NCBI GenBank assembly: GCA_043809315.1
Contig: JAZDDX010000007.1
Location: 71,076 to 135,075 of the forward strand
Length of the DNA: 64,000 nucleotides
Source: Pseudomonadota bacterium
Lineage (GTDB): Bacteria; Bdellovibrionota_G; JALEGL01; DATDPG01
Direction: 5' to 3'
Shown here: positions 1 to 9,272 of the stretch, piece after piece
Layout of the letters: each line of letters opens with the position of its first letter
Numbering within the stretch: position 1 is the first letter of the stretch
Notes under the pieces: model-generated
The model's database searches: none
Seen by the model: only the letters and a program-made list of their open reading frames with translations
What the model was told of the DNA's origin: nothing
Position numbers and translations under genes: made by a program

Positions 1-768
1 CGGATGTCGACGTTGGGGATCTTCCGGGCGGGTGGAAAGGCGGCGGAGGGCCGCCTGGTGCTCCTCGCCGAGGAAGGCCTCCAGACTACGCTTCACCGCT
101 TCAGGCAGATCGCGAACTATTCCGGGGCCGAGAACGATACCATCGCACCGAAAAACGATTCGACGGTCCTGACCAACCGAGCACTGGCCTGTTCCGGGCA
201 AACCATTTCCTCGGTCACCCTTTCTCTTCCAGGGGGGAGAGGGTTGCAGTGTATTTGTCCGCCTATCGATTCGGGGTCGAGCGTCTGTGAGTCGAACACG
301 CCGCCCTATAACAACCCCTATTGCTCCGGGAATGACTGTTCGAGCGCCCCCTGTCCCGATTACTTCGACACCACCGAGCAGTTCGACGAGATCCGCCCCG
401 GCGCCGACAATGTCTGGTGCAACTTCATGGGGACCGCGCTCAAGAACACGCAGGTCATCGTCGTCCGCCAGCCGAACGTCTATTTCACGGCTTCCAACGA
501 AAAAAACGCCGTTTTCCTCGTGAACGTCATCGCCCGCGATTCATCCGACCGCCGACAGCTGGTCCAGGGGGTCATTGTCGCCCCCTTCAGCAACGACTCG
601 GTGGCGATCGCCTTGGCTGACCCGTATCTTGCGACCGTCACGAAGCGGGCCGACCTCGGTCTCTCCGGTGCCGGTGTCGCAACGGCGCTGCCGACCAACA
701 CCGGCGTCAGTAGCAGTACGAGCAGCACCAGCAGCACGAGCAGTACCAGCGGTAAGGGCGGATCATAA
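1..768 (+). CDS. PilX-like minor pilin/pilus-assembly protein, probably 5'-truncated by the window edge; Cys-rich middle, Ser/Thr-rich tail
   Basis: ORF open from the window start. The segment 'RMSTLGIFRAGGKAAEGRLVLLAEEGLQTTLHRF' resembles the PilX_N helix (..AEAGL..). Seven Cys residues; C-terminal (SST)n tail. Confidence 0.45.
   Translation, partial: RMSTLGIFRAGGKAAEGRLVLLAEEGLQTTLHRFRQIANYSGAENDTIAPKNDSTVLTNRALACSGQTISSVTLSLPGGRGLQCICPPIDSGSSVCESNTPPYNNPYCSGNDCSSAPCPDYFDTTEQFDEIRPGADNVWCNFMGTALKNTQVIVVRQPNVYFTASNEKNAVFLVNVIARDSSDRRQLVQGVIVAPFSNDSVAIALADPYLATVTKRADLGLSGAGVATALPTNTGVSSSTSSTSSTSSTSGKGGS
709..750 (+). repeat. Imperfect 9-bp tandem repeat (AGCAG[C/T]AC[C/G]) encoding SSTSSTSSTSST
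   Basis: agtagcagtacgagcagcaccagcagcacgagcagtaccagc read directly from the sequence. Confidence 0.8.
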
Positions 769-769
769 A

Positions 770-1618
770 TCAGTCAGCAACGAGACCCTTTAGAACGAAG
801 AAGACGTTCTCTTTCCGCTCCCGCAGGCGGCGCATGAAGTACGGGAGCCAATGCGACCCGAACGGGACGTAAGTCCGGACCTGGAATCCGTTTTTTGCCA
901 GCTCCCGGGCGCGTTTCCGACGCAGGCCATAGAGCATCTGGAACTCGAACCGGTCGCGGGGAATCTTCTCCTCACCCGTCCACTCGATCGCCCAGTCGAT
1001 CAGCCGGTCGTCGTGCGTGGCGATCCCGACTTTCGATCCCCCCCGGAGGAGGATCTCGACCATCGTCCGGAACGAACGGCGGATGTCGTCCATGTTCTTG
1101 AAGGCGATGCTCTGGGGCTCCTTGTACGCCCCCTTACAGACCCGAACCGGGGCATGAAGTGCCGCCAGATCCCGGGCATCTTTCTCGCTTCGATAGAGAT
1201 ACGACTGAAGAACGATCCCGACGTTCGGATGGTCCCGATACAAACGGTAGTAGACGTCGAGCGTCGACTGCGTCAGCGCCGAACTCTCCATGTCGATCCG
1301 GACGAAGTTTTCCTGTTGGCGGGCTTTTTCCAGGATCGCGTGCATCTGGGAGAAGCAGAATTCGGTGTCGATCTCGAGCCCCATCTGGGACAGCTTGATC
1401 GAGACGTTCCCCGCGATCCCCTGACATGCGATCTCGTCGAGCAGCCGGAGGTAATCGTGTGCAGCCCCCTCCGCCTCGTTCCGGTCGGTCACCGCCTCCC
1501 CGAGGACATCGAGCGAGGCGAGGATCCCGTTTCCGTTCAACCGGCGGACCGCTTCCACAGCGTCCGACATCTCTTCCCCGGCGACGAACCGCCGGGCCAG
1601 ATAGGTGAGAGCACGCAT
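770..1618 (-). CDS. Monofunctional proline dehydrogenase
   Basis: Motifs RFVAGE, SLDVLGE, SIKLSQMG, RIDME, RVCKGAY, IATHD, EFQMLYG, YVPFG..YFMRRLRER. Confidence 0.93.
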   Translation of the reverse strand: MRALTYLARRFVAGEEMSDAVEAVRRLNGNGILASLDVLGEAVTDRNEAEGAAHDYLRLLDEIACQGIAGNVSIKLSQMGLEIDTEFCFSQMHAILEKARQQENFVRIDMESSALTQSTLDVYYRLYRDHPNVGIVLQSYLYRSEKDARDLAALHAPVRVCKGAYKEPQSIAFKNMDDIRRSFRTMVEILLRGGSKVGIATHDDRLIDWAIEWTGEEKIPRDRFEFQMLYGLRRKRARELAKNGFQVRTYVPFGSHWLPYFMRRLRERKENVFFVLKGLVAD

Positions 1619-1681
1619 GGGGCGGTAGTTAACCCGTTTTTTCGGAGGTGGGAAAGACGAAATTCGAGAAGGACTGATCTT

Positions 1682-2164
1682 TCAGTCGACCTTGATCCCG
1701 ATGATCTCGAGTTCCCGACGGCCGCCGGGGACCTGCGCTTCGACGACATCCCCGACGTTCTTCCCGATTAACGCTTTCGCGATCGGGGAGTTGACGGAGA
1801 TGTACCCTTTCCCGAGATCGGCTTCGAGTTCACCGACGATCCGATACGACAACTCTTTGTCCGCGGAGGGATCGTACAGGCGCACCGTCATTCCGAAGAT
1901 CACCCGGGAGGGGTCCATCCGGCTCGGGTCGATCACCTCGGCGCGGGAGAGTTGGTCCTCCAGAAAACGGATCCGCGCCTCCAGCTGCCCCTGCCGCTCT
2001 TTCGCGGCGTGATACTCGGCGTTCTCGCTCAAATCCCCGTGGCTCCGGGCCGTCTCGATCTCGGCGACGATCTTCAGACGTTCGGCCGTCTTGAGCTTGC
2101 TCAGCTCCTCGACCAGTTTCGTTTTTCCGTTGGGCGTCATCGGGACTCGGATTTGAACCGGCAT
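1682..2164 (-). CDS. greA: Transcription elongation factor GreA
   Basis: ARSHGDLSENAEYHAAKE and ISVNSPIAKALIGK; RBS ggag upstream. Confidence 0.97.
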   Translation of the reverse strand: MPVQIRVPMTPNGKTKLVEELSKLKTAERLKIVAEIETARSHGDLSENAEYHAAKERQGQLEARIRFLEDQLSRAEVIDPSRMDPSRVIFGMTVRLYDPSADKELSYRIVGELEADLGKGYISVNSPIAKALIGKNVGDVVEAQVPGGRRELEIIGIKVD

Positions 2165-2173
2165 CTTCTCTCC

Positions 2174-2986
2174 TTACCGGTTGGAGTCCGCGATGTTCTC
2201 GCCGCCGTCGACGCCGATCACGTTCCCCGTGATCCATCGGGCGTGCGGGAGTGAGAAGGCGACCAGCGCGTCCGCTACATCCTCGGGGGTCGTGAGGCGC
2301 CGGTGGGGATTCCGTGCCGTCGCCAACCCGATCATCCGCTCGTTCCCCGGGATCTTCCGGAGAGCCGGCGTGTCGGTGACCCCGGCCCGGATCGCATTGG
2401 CCGTGATTTTTTTCGGGGCAAGTTCGAGGGCAAGCTGCCGGACATGCGACTCGAGGGCCGCTTTGGCCGCGGAAACCGCTCCGTAGTTCGGCCAGACCCT
2501 CTCCCCTCCCGCGCTCGTCATCGCGAAGACTCTTCCCCCCTCCTTCAACAGGTTCCGGGCAACCAGATCCTGCGTCCAGTAGACGAGGGAGTGCGCCATC
2601 ACGTCGAGCGTCATCTCGAGCTGCGACCGGTTGATCGCCTCTCCCGGAGGACCGAAGTACGGTTTCAAGGCACCGAACGCCAGCGAGTGCATCAGGACAT
2701 GCACCGTTCCGGTCGGGCCGAGTTTGGCCGCAAGAGAGGTCATGACCTCGGCCTGCTGGTCCGGGTCGGCGGCGTTGACGTTGAAGAAAAGTGCTTCCCG
2801 TCCCGCCTCCCGGATCGATCCGATGATCCGGTCGACATTCTCCAGGGTCGCCTTGCGATCGAGATGGACGCCGCAAATATGCATGCCGGCACGAGCCAGG
2901 GCGATCGACGTCGCCCCGCCGAACCCGCTCGACGAACCCAGAACGACGGCCCATTTCCCGTCTAACTCTTTGAAATAATTGGCCAC
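2174..2986 (-). CDS. SDR oxidoreductase, FabL/FabI-like enoyl-ACP reductase
   Basis: GSSSGFG Rossmann motif, YGAVSAAKAALE (Y-x6-K), VTDTPALRKIP, WITGNVIGVDGG; GTG start. Confidence 0.82.
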   Translation of the reverse strand: MANYFKELDGKWAVVLGSSSGFGGATSIALARAGMHICGVHLDRKATLENVDRIIGSIREAGREALFFNVNAADPDQQAEVMTSLAAKLGPTGTVHVLMHSLAFGALKPYFGPPGEAINRSQLEMTLDVMAHSLVYWTQDLVARNLLKEGGRVFAMTSAGGERVWPNYGAVSAAKAALESHVRQLALELAPKKITANAIRAGVTDTPALRKIPGNERMIGLATARNPHRRLTTPEDVADALVAFSLPHARWITGNVIGVDGGENIADSNR

Positions 2987-3088
2987 AGAAGAACCTCAGC
3001 CGAGAGAGGCTCTCGGCTGGTGGGAGGATGGTACCGATCCCGATACGATTCGCAAGGGGTTCGGGGGGATTTTTTCCTGTGGTAGGGT

Positions 3089-3901
3089 GTGCGAATGAAG
3101 GTCACGCGCGAGACGGTTGTTATCGTAACAGGAGCTTCCGGGGGGATCGGGAAGGAAACGGCGCTCGAGTTCGCCCGAAAGGGGGCAAGGGTCGTTCTGG
3201 CCGCCCGGAATCTGGCCCGCCTCGAAGAGGTGGCAAAGGAGATCGCAGCGATCGGGTCGGAGGCGCTGATCGTTCCCTGCGACGTCTCGAAAGAGGCGGA
3301 GTGCAAGCAGATGGTCGCCAAGGGGATCGACCGGTTCGGGAAGATCGACATCCTGGTCAACAACGCAGGGTACGGCCATTACGCGGCGGTCGAGAACCTC
3401 GTGGCAGAGGATCTTCACAAGATCTTTTCGACCAACCTCTACGGGGCGATCTGGTGCGCGCAGGCGGTGATCCCTCATATGAAGGCCCGGCACACAGGGC
3501 ACATCGTGAACGTCTCGACGGTGATCTCGTTCCGCTCGATGCCGTACATGACCGCCTACTGCATGACGAAGTTCGCGATGAACGCGATGGACGAAGGGTT
3601 GCGTCTCGAGCTGCGGCCGTTCGGAATCGGGGTCACGCTTCTCTGCCCGGGCCTCACCGCGACCGACTTCCAGACGAACGCCGACAAAGTGGGGTACGCC
3701 CCGCCGATCCGGAGCCGGGGAGGGATGTCGGCGATCCGGGTCGGGAAGCTCCTGGTCCGGGCCGTCGAGAAAAAACGGCGCCGCGTGGCGCTCACGTTCT
3801 CCGGGAACGTTCTGATGTATCTCCAGCGGATCTGTCCGGCGATGGTCGACGAGATCTTGAGCCTGGTCTTCTCCCGGAAACTGGGTCCGAAGACGACGTA
3901 A
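3089..3901 (+). CDS. Classical SDR family oxidoreductase
   Basis: TGASGGIG, ILVNNAG, YCMTK (YxxxK). Confidence 0.92.
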   Translation: MRMKVTRETVVIVTGASGGIGKETALEFARKGARVVLAARNLARLEEVAKEIAAIGSEALIVPCDVSKEAECKQMVAKGIDRFGKIDILVNNAGYGHYAAVENLVAEDLHKIFSTNLYGAIWCAQAVIPHMKARHTGHIVNVSTVISFRSMPYMTAYCMTKFAMNAMDEGLRLELRPFGIGVTLLCPGLTATDFQTNADKVGYAPPIRSRGGMSAIRVGKLLVRAVEKKRRRVALTFSGNVLMYLQRICPAMVDEILSLVFSRKLGPKTT

Positions 3902-3904
3902 CCG

Positions 3905-5110
3905 TCAGCCGCTCTTCAGCTCTTCCGCTTTGATCCGCAAGCTCTCGGCCTGAGCCAGGTCGCCGAGATCCTCGACGTGGTATGCGCGTGCCTCCAAGGC
4001 CGAGGCAAGTAACGGATCGAGGCCCGAACTCCGCGCCGCTTCCTCGAACGTATCGAGGTCGGCCGCGGCTTCCGAAACCATCCCGACCGCCCGGAGGATC
4101 ATCGCCCTCAACCGAATCGGTCGGTCGAAGAGCATCCCCGCTCCGAGAGGGATCCAGCCGACCGGCCCCCCCAGAACCGAGTTCACGGTTTCGAGCGCCG
4201 CCTCGGCGCTCCGCTCGATCGCCTCGAGATCGGCGAGCCCGAGAAGCGCCTCCCCCAGCTCGACCCAGCGCTGACCGTCCCGCATCCGTTCGAACTCCTC
4301 CCGAAAGACGTTCCGCGACTCGTCGGTCCGCAGGAGACTCGGCACCGGCTTCAAGAACTCCTCCTGTCCGAGGCGGCTCCGGAGCGTCTTTTGCAGATTC
4401 TGCATCTGGAACACGGAGGCGATCGAGATCACCGCCCTTCCCGCTTCCGCGGAAAGCGCCTTCTTCTCCTTCGCCGCCAGCGACATCGTGAGCAGGGCAT
4501 CCGTGGGACGAAGACGGATCAGATCGGCCCAAAAACGGAGTTCCGGATCGGAGAACGTGGTCAGAACTTCCGAAAGAGGCCGGTCGGCCACCGACTTGGG
4601 GATTGCGATCTCCCCGATCCCGCTCAAGAGCGTTTCCTCCGATCCCACTTCCTTCCAGTCGAGCTTCGAAATCGCATCGACCGGGGGGAGAACGATCGAA
4701 TCGTCCGCCCCTTTCCAGAGCTGGGATGCCTGCGAACGAAGCCTCCCCGCGACCGGGAACGACTCGAGCCAGAGAAGGGTCCAGGTCGCCGTCCGCTCGA
4801 GCATCCTCCGTTCGACCTGGATGCGTCTCAGCACCTCGTCCCCGAACTTGTCGTAGAGGTGTTCCAAGCCGGTCAGGACGAAGAGGGTCGAGTTGAAATG
4901 CGACCCCTCGTGCCGCTCGAAAGCGCGCGGCCAGAGTTTCGGAGCCGCGAACGGTTCCTGGACGAGTTGAAATCCGCGTTCCCCGAGATACTTACAGAGT
5001 GTGTCCCGCTGCGCGATCGTTCCGACGCCGATGAAAAAACGGGGCATCGCCCCCGCCGTGGAAGCCGAGTCGTGGAAGCGCGTCGCCGCTTTCGCGAGGC
5101 CGTCGTCCAC
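3905..5110 (-). CDS. Hypothetical protein: N-terminal inactive-STAND-like alpha/beta segment plus helical/TPR-like C-terminus
   Basis: Start placed at GTG 5110, which overlaps the TAG of the upstream gene (alternative ATG at 5047). Contains LFVLTGLEHL...LRRIQVERRML...LLWL...QASQLW. Confidence 0.55.
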   Translation of the reverse strand: MDDGLAKAATRFHDSASTAGAMPRFFIGVGTIAQRDTLCKYLGERGFQLVQEPFAAPKLWPRAFERHEGSHFNSTLFVLTGLEHLYDKFGDEVLRRIQVERRMLERTATWTLLWLESFPVAGRLRSQASQLWKGADDSIVLPPVDAISKLDWKEVGSEETLLSGIGEIAIPKSVADRPLSEVLTTFSDPELRFWADLIRLRPTDALLTMSLAAKEKKALSAEAGRAVISIASVFQMQNLQKTLRSRLGQEEFLKPVPSLLRTDESRNVFREEFERMRDGQRWVELGEALLGLADLEAIERSAEAALETVNSVLGGPVGWIPLGAGMLFDRPIRLRAMILRAVGMVSEAAADLDTFEEAARSSGLDPLLASALEARAYHVEDLGDLAQAESLRIKAEELKSG

Positions 5111-5919
5111 TAGAAGATGACGCGGAAGTCCCCGACGATGAGAAGCCCGAATACACCGCGTGCCGGCTGCCGGAACGGGGCCAGGAGATGGACCCCGAAC
5201 GACATCTCGTAATCCTGGAAACGGAAGCCGGGGCCGGCATAAAGCTCGGTCTGCTTGTTCCCCCCCGAGATCGTCGAGTACCCCCCCATCTCCACCGTCC
5301 CCCAAAGATTCTGGTCAATCGACATCGCAACCGCCGCGTCGTACGAGATGATGTCTTCGATCTTGTCCCTCGAGGGATCCGACTTCGTGAAAATCTGAAG
5401 ATCGTTCCCGAGATCGAGGGAGAAGGTCAAACGATCACGAATGTAACTGACCGCAACGTAGGGGGAGATCGCCGCCTGATCTTTGGCGTACGAAACGACC
5501 GGCCTCAAGAACGTCCCGAGCCTCGCCCCGGTCTGCGCCGTCGGGAGGGCAACGTCCGCACCGACCGCGAAACGGAACCGGTCGAACGGGGTCACGTACT
5601 TCGCACCGATGACGATGTTTCCAATCCCGTAATCGTCCGGCCCTTTCGAGAGCGTCCCCGCAAGGGGCAGGCCGATCGAGATCTCCCAATCGGGAGTCAT
5701 GGCGTACTCGACGCCGAAATAGTTCGTGATCGGCGACCCTCGCCCGCCGGTCAGCCCCGGTTTTCCGAGCCAGCCGACCCCGAGTTGGGCGCGAAACGCC
5801 GTCTCGACCGAGGTCTCCCGCGCCATCAGGAACTGGGCCTCCGTCCCCCCTTCCGCCGCTCGGGCGGAGCCGATCAGGGCCAGAGAGATCACCGTCACAG
5901 CCGAAAGATTCCGGATCAT
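5110..5919 (-). CDS. Putative outer-membrane beta-barrel/transporter-like protein
   Basis: Signal peptide (..SARA/AE), alternating amphipathic strands, C-terminal Phe. Confidence 0.65.
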   Translation of the reverse strand: MIRNLSAVTVISLALIGSARAAEGGTEAQFLMARETSVETAFRAQLGVGWLGKPGLTGGRGSPITNYFGVEYAMTPDWEISIGLPLAGTLSKGPDDYGIGNIVIGAKYVTPFDRFRFAVGADVALPTAQTGARLGTFLRPVVSYAKDQAAISPYVAVSYIRDRLTFSLDLGNDLQIFTKSDPSRDKIEDIISYDAAVAMSIDQNLWGTVEMGGYSTISGGNKQTELYAGPGFRFQDYEMSFGVHLLAPFRQPARGVFGLLIVGDFRVIF

Positions 5920-6767
5920 ACGAACCCTCCCAAATCACCGTAAAACTGTTCGAGTGTCGTCGAAAGATAGGTGAACGCCTCTTTCGGCGTATCGCAATAT
6001 TTGAGGTAGCTGAGGTCCTCCGGCGAAAGAACCCCCCACCGGACCATCTCCTTGAAGTCGATCACCTTGTTCCAGTACTCCGACCCGTAGATCACGACCG
6101 GGATCTTTTTCCGGAGTTTCTCCGTCTGGATCAAGGTCAGGAGCTCCGACAGCTCGTCGAGCGTCCCGAACCCGCCGGGGAAGATCACCAGCCCTTTCGC
6201 CATGTAGGCGAACCAGTATTTGCGGATGAAGAAGTAATGGAATTCGAAGTTCAGCTCGCGGGAGATGTACGGGTTCGGGAGCTGCTCGAACGGAAGCGAG
6301 ATGTTGAAGCCGATCGAGAGCCCGCCGGCATCGTGCGCCCCTCGGCTCGCCGCCTCCATGATCCCGGGACCCCCTCCCGAACAGACGATGAACCGTCTCT
6401 TGCCACGCCCGAGCCCTTTCGACCAAACAGTCAAGAGGCGGGCCAGTTCGCGGGCGTCCTCGTAATACTTCGACATGTAGAGAAAGCGCTCGGCCCGCTC
6501 GATCTCCGCTCTCCCCTTCGCCCCAAGCGGCTTCGCTTTCTTCCGTGTCTCCTCCAGCTGTTGCTTCGCGATCTCGGTCGGTTGGATCCGGGCGGAGCCG
6601 AAGAAGACGACCGTGTCGTGGACGCGGAACTTGCGGAACCGGACCTGCGGCTCCAGAAACTCGGAGAGGATCCGGACGACGCGGGCGTCGGGGGAGTCGA
6701 TGAAATGTTCGTTCTTGTACGCCTTCACCGGCTTGCGGATCGGATGGTGGTTCGAGTCTTGTCCCAT
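5916..6767 (-). CDS. LOG family protein (TIGR00730-type nucleotide monophosphate nucleosidase)
   Basis: VFFGSAR, GGGPGIMEA, LPFEQ, FHYFFIRK, PGGFGTLDE. Confidence 0.93.
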   Translation of the reverse strand: MGQDSNHHPIRKPVKAYKNEHFIDSPDARVVRILSEFLEPQVRFRKFRVHDTVVFFGSARIQPTEIAKQQLEETRKKAKPLGAKGRAEIERAERFLYMSKYYEDARELARLLTVWSKGLGRGKRRFIVCSGGGPGIMEAASRGAHDAGGLSIGFNISLPFEQLPNPYISRELNFEFHYFFIRKYWFAYMAKGLVIFPGGFGTLDELSELLTLIQTEKLRKKIPVVIYGSEYWNKVIDFKEMVRWGVLSPEDLSYLKYCDTPKEAFTYLSTTLEQFYGDLGGFV

Positions 6768-6830
6768 AGGTTTTCCGAAAAGAGACGCGAGTATACCCGA
6801 AACCCTCTCTTTTCCGTATGATGAAAGGAG

Positions 6831-8057
6831 GTGGAGCGGAAGCGGAAACTATTCTGGATCGTCGTCCTGTATCTCTCCCAGGGGTTCCCGTTCGGGGTGA
6901 TCACGTTCCAGCTTCCGTTCTATTTCCGCACCCACGGCCTCTCCCTCGACTTCATCGGCCTCCTGGCCCTTCTTCAGCTCCCCTGGAGCCTCAAGATGAT
7001 CTGGGCTCCGCTCGTCGACCGGTACGGTCAGCGGAAACACTGGGTCGCGGCAATGCAGGGGGTGATGGCGTTTTTCTTTTTCCTGCTGCCGACCCAGGAC
7101 GCCGCTTCCCCCACGCCACTCCTTTTTCTCGCGTTGATCGCACTTCCGTTCGCTTCCGCCACGGCCGACATCGCGATCGACGCCTACACGATCGAGATCC
7201 TCAAGAAGGACGAAGTCGCCTCCGCCAATGCGGCCCGGATGATCTCGTGGAAAATCGCTTATGTTTTTGCAACCGGCATCGTGGGGACAGTGGCATCCCG
7301 CTTCGGTTGGAATTGGGCCTATATCTTTTGCGGCTTTTTCCTCGTCTGGCTCATCCCGATCACGCTTGCCGCCCCCGATAGCCGTCTCGAAATCGCACCC
7401 TCAGAGACACGCACCACCGCGTCGTTCTTTTCCTCCCGTTTCTGGCTCGAGGGGTACGGCACGTTGATGGGGCGCTCGGGGATCCTCCTCGTCCTTCTCT
7501 TCGTTCTCACCTACAAGCTCGGAAGTGCAACGATCGGGCCGATGATCTCCCCGTTCTGGCACGACCGACACTTTTCGCCGCAGGAGACCGGCTGGGTTTC
7601 CGGAGCGGTGGGTTCCCTGGAATCGATTGCGGCTCCGCTCGTGGCCGCCTGGTTCATCTCGAAGCTCCGTCTCTTCCACGCGCTCTGGGTCTTCGCATTT
7701 CTTCAGATGGCCCCCGCTCTCCTGTACGCCGCGGTGGCGCATTGGGATCTGGGAAGGCCTGCGATCTACGCGGCGTCGCTAAGTCAGAGCTTCGACCTGA
7801 GCCTCGCCAACGTCGCCTTCGCGAGTTTCTTGATGATGATTTGCGATAAGAAGTACGCCGCGACTCAGTACGCGATGCTTACCTGCCTCTTCGCCCTCAC
7901 ACGATCGGTTGCAGGGGGGCTCGGCGGATTCGCGGCACAGAGAATGGGGTACGCCCCCTTCTTCCTCGCCGCATTCTTCTTGGGCTTTGTTTCGTTCCTT
8001 TTTCTCCCGGCGGTCCGCCGGTGGATCGACGCGGCCTCGAAGCCGCCCGCGCCCTGA
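6831..8057 (+). CDS. ampG: AmpG-family MFS muropeptide permease
   Basis: LYLSQGFP, LPWSLKMIWAPLVDR, SATADIAIDAY, ATQYAMLT; about 12 TM segments. Confidence 0.85.
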   Translation: MERKRKLFWIVVLYLSQGFPFGVITFQLPFYFRTHGLSLDFIGLLALLQLPWSLKMIWAPLVDRYGQRKHWVAAMQGVMAFFFFLLPTQDAASPTPLLFLALIALPFASATADIAIDAYTIEILKKDEVASANAARMISWKIAYVFATGIVGTVASRFGWNWAYIFCGFFLVWLIPITLAAPDSRLEIAPSETRTTASFFSSRFWLEGYGTLMGRSGILLVLLFVLTYKLGSATIGPMISPFWHDRHFSPQETGWVSGAVGSLESIAAPLVAAWFISKLRLFHALWVFAFLQMAPALLYAAVAHWDLGRPAIYAASLSQSFDLSLANVAFASFLMMICDKKYAATQYAMLTCLFALTRSVAGGLGGFAAQRMGYAPFFLAAFFLGFVSFLFLPAVRRWIDAASKPPAP

Positions 8058-9272
8058 TCAGGAACTTTTCTCGAGCGTGCAGAAATAGAAGCCGTCGCAC
8101 CCTTCGACGTCGGGGCGGACGGTTCGCGCCTCCCCGCGCATGCGGAACCGCTTCTCGTCGCTCAGAAATGCTTCCACCACCCCTTCGTTTTCCGGCGCGT
8201 GAAGCGTGCAGGTGACGTAGCAGAGCGCTCCGCCTGTCTTCACCCACTGCGAGTATCGCCGCAGAAGGGTCAGCTGTTTCGCCGGTATCCGGTCCGCGAT
8301 CTCCGGAATCAGGTTCCACTTCATCCAGGCCCGTCGCCTAAGTGTCCCCAACCCCGAACAGGGAGCGTCGACGAAAACGAGATCGGCCTTCTCCCGGAAC
8401 GCCGAAAGCGGCATCGGGTCATCCGGCGCCACCCAAGCCGTCTTGACGATCGTCGCCCCGGCCCGTTTTGCCCGTTCGGAAAGTTCCTCGAGCGGCCGGG
8501 CGTCCGAGTCGGTCGCCAGGACCGATCCCTTGTTTTCCATTGACGCCGCGAGCGCGAGCGATTTCCCCCCCGCCCCCGCACAGGCGTCGATGACGGTTTG
8601 CCCTGGCTGGGCGCCGGCGGCCAGGACAGAGAGCTGACTCCCCTCGTCCTGGATCTCGAACAACCCCTGTCGGAACGCGCGCGTCGAGCGGAGGTTCTTC
8701 CGATCCGGAAGATGGAGCGCCACGGGGGAGTGACTCCCCTCCGTCACTTGAAGCCCCTCCTCGTCGAGGCGGTGGATCAGGTCGGAACGGGTGACCTTGA
8801 GCGTGTTCACACGGAACGTGACCGGCGCCGGCTCGTTGAGGGAGAGCGCCAGCGACACCGCGGAAGAAAAGCCGAACTGCTTCACCCATCGGTCGATGAT
8901 CCAGGTCGGGTACGAAAGTTCGCGTGCAAGGGTATCCATCGTCTGCGACGACCAGCGACCGACCGGAGGATTCCCTTTCAGATTCCGCGCCTCGCTTAAG
9001 CTCGCGAGGAAACGTCCTTCCTCCAGATGGGTCGGGGAGATGTCGCCGAAGATCCTCCGACGCCAACGGATCGAATCGTGGAGAAGGGCCGTCAGCTCGC
9101 GGCGCGAGTCGGAACGAAGGGATCGATTGCGCGTGACCTTCTCGTCGACGAGCCCGGGGAACGAGCCGGGACGCTCGAACGAAACCGCCAGGATCTGTCG
9201 CACGGTTTCGAAGTCGGTTTTTCGAAGCTCCACGACTCCCGAGATCATCTCCCGATCAGGAGGGAGGGTCAA
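8058..9272 (-). CDS. RsmB/NOP family m5C RNA methyltransferase
   Basis: IQDEGSQ, DACAGAGGK, DAPCSGLG, YVTCT. Start is TTG 9272 or ATG 9248. Confidence 0.9.
   Translation of the reverse strand: MTLPPDREMISGVVELRKTDFETVRQILAVSFERPGSFPGLVDEKVTRNRSLRSDSRRELTALLHDSIRWRRRIFGDISPTHLEEGRFLASLSEARNLKGNPPVGRWSSQTMDTLARELSYPTWIIDRWVKQFGFSSAVSLALSLNEPAPVTFRVNTLKVTRSDLIHRLDEEGLQVTEGSHSPVALHLPDRKNLRSTRAFRQGLFEIQDEGSQLSVLAAGAQPGQTVIDACAGAGGKSLALAASMENKGSVLATDSDARPLEELSERAKRAGATIVKTAWVAPDDPMPLSAFREKADLVFVDAPCSGLGTLRRRAWMKWNLIPEIADRIPAKQLTLLRRYSQWVKTGGALCYVTCTLHAPENEGVVEAFLSDEKRFRMRGEARTVRPDVEGCDGFYFCTLEKSS

Noticed and set aside
709-750. Short tandem repeat considered as a CRISPR or VNTR element
   Set aside because: 9-bp in-frame coding repeats without spacers; no cas genes in the window.
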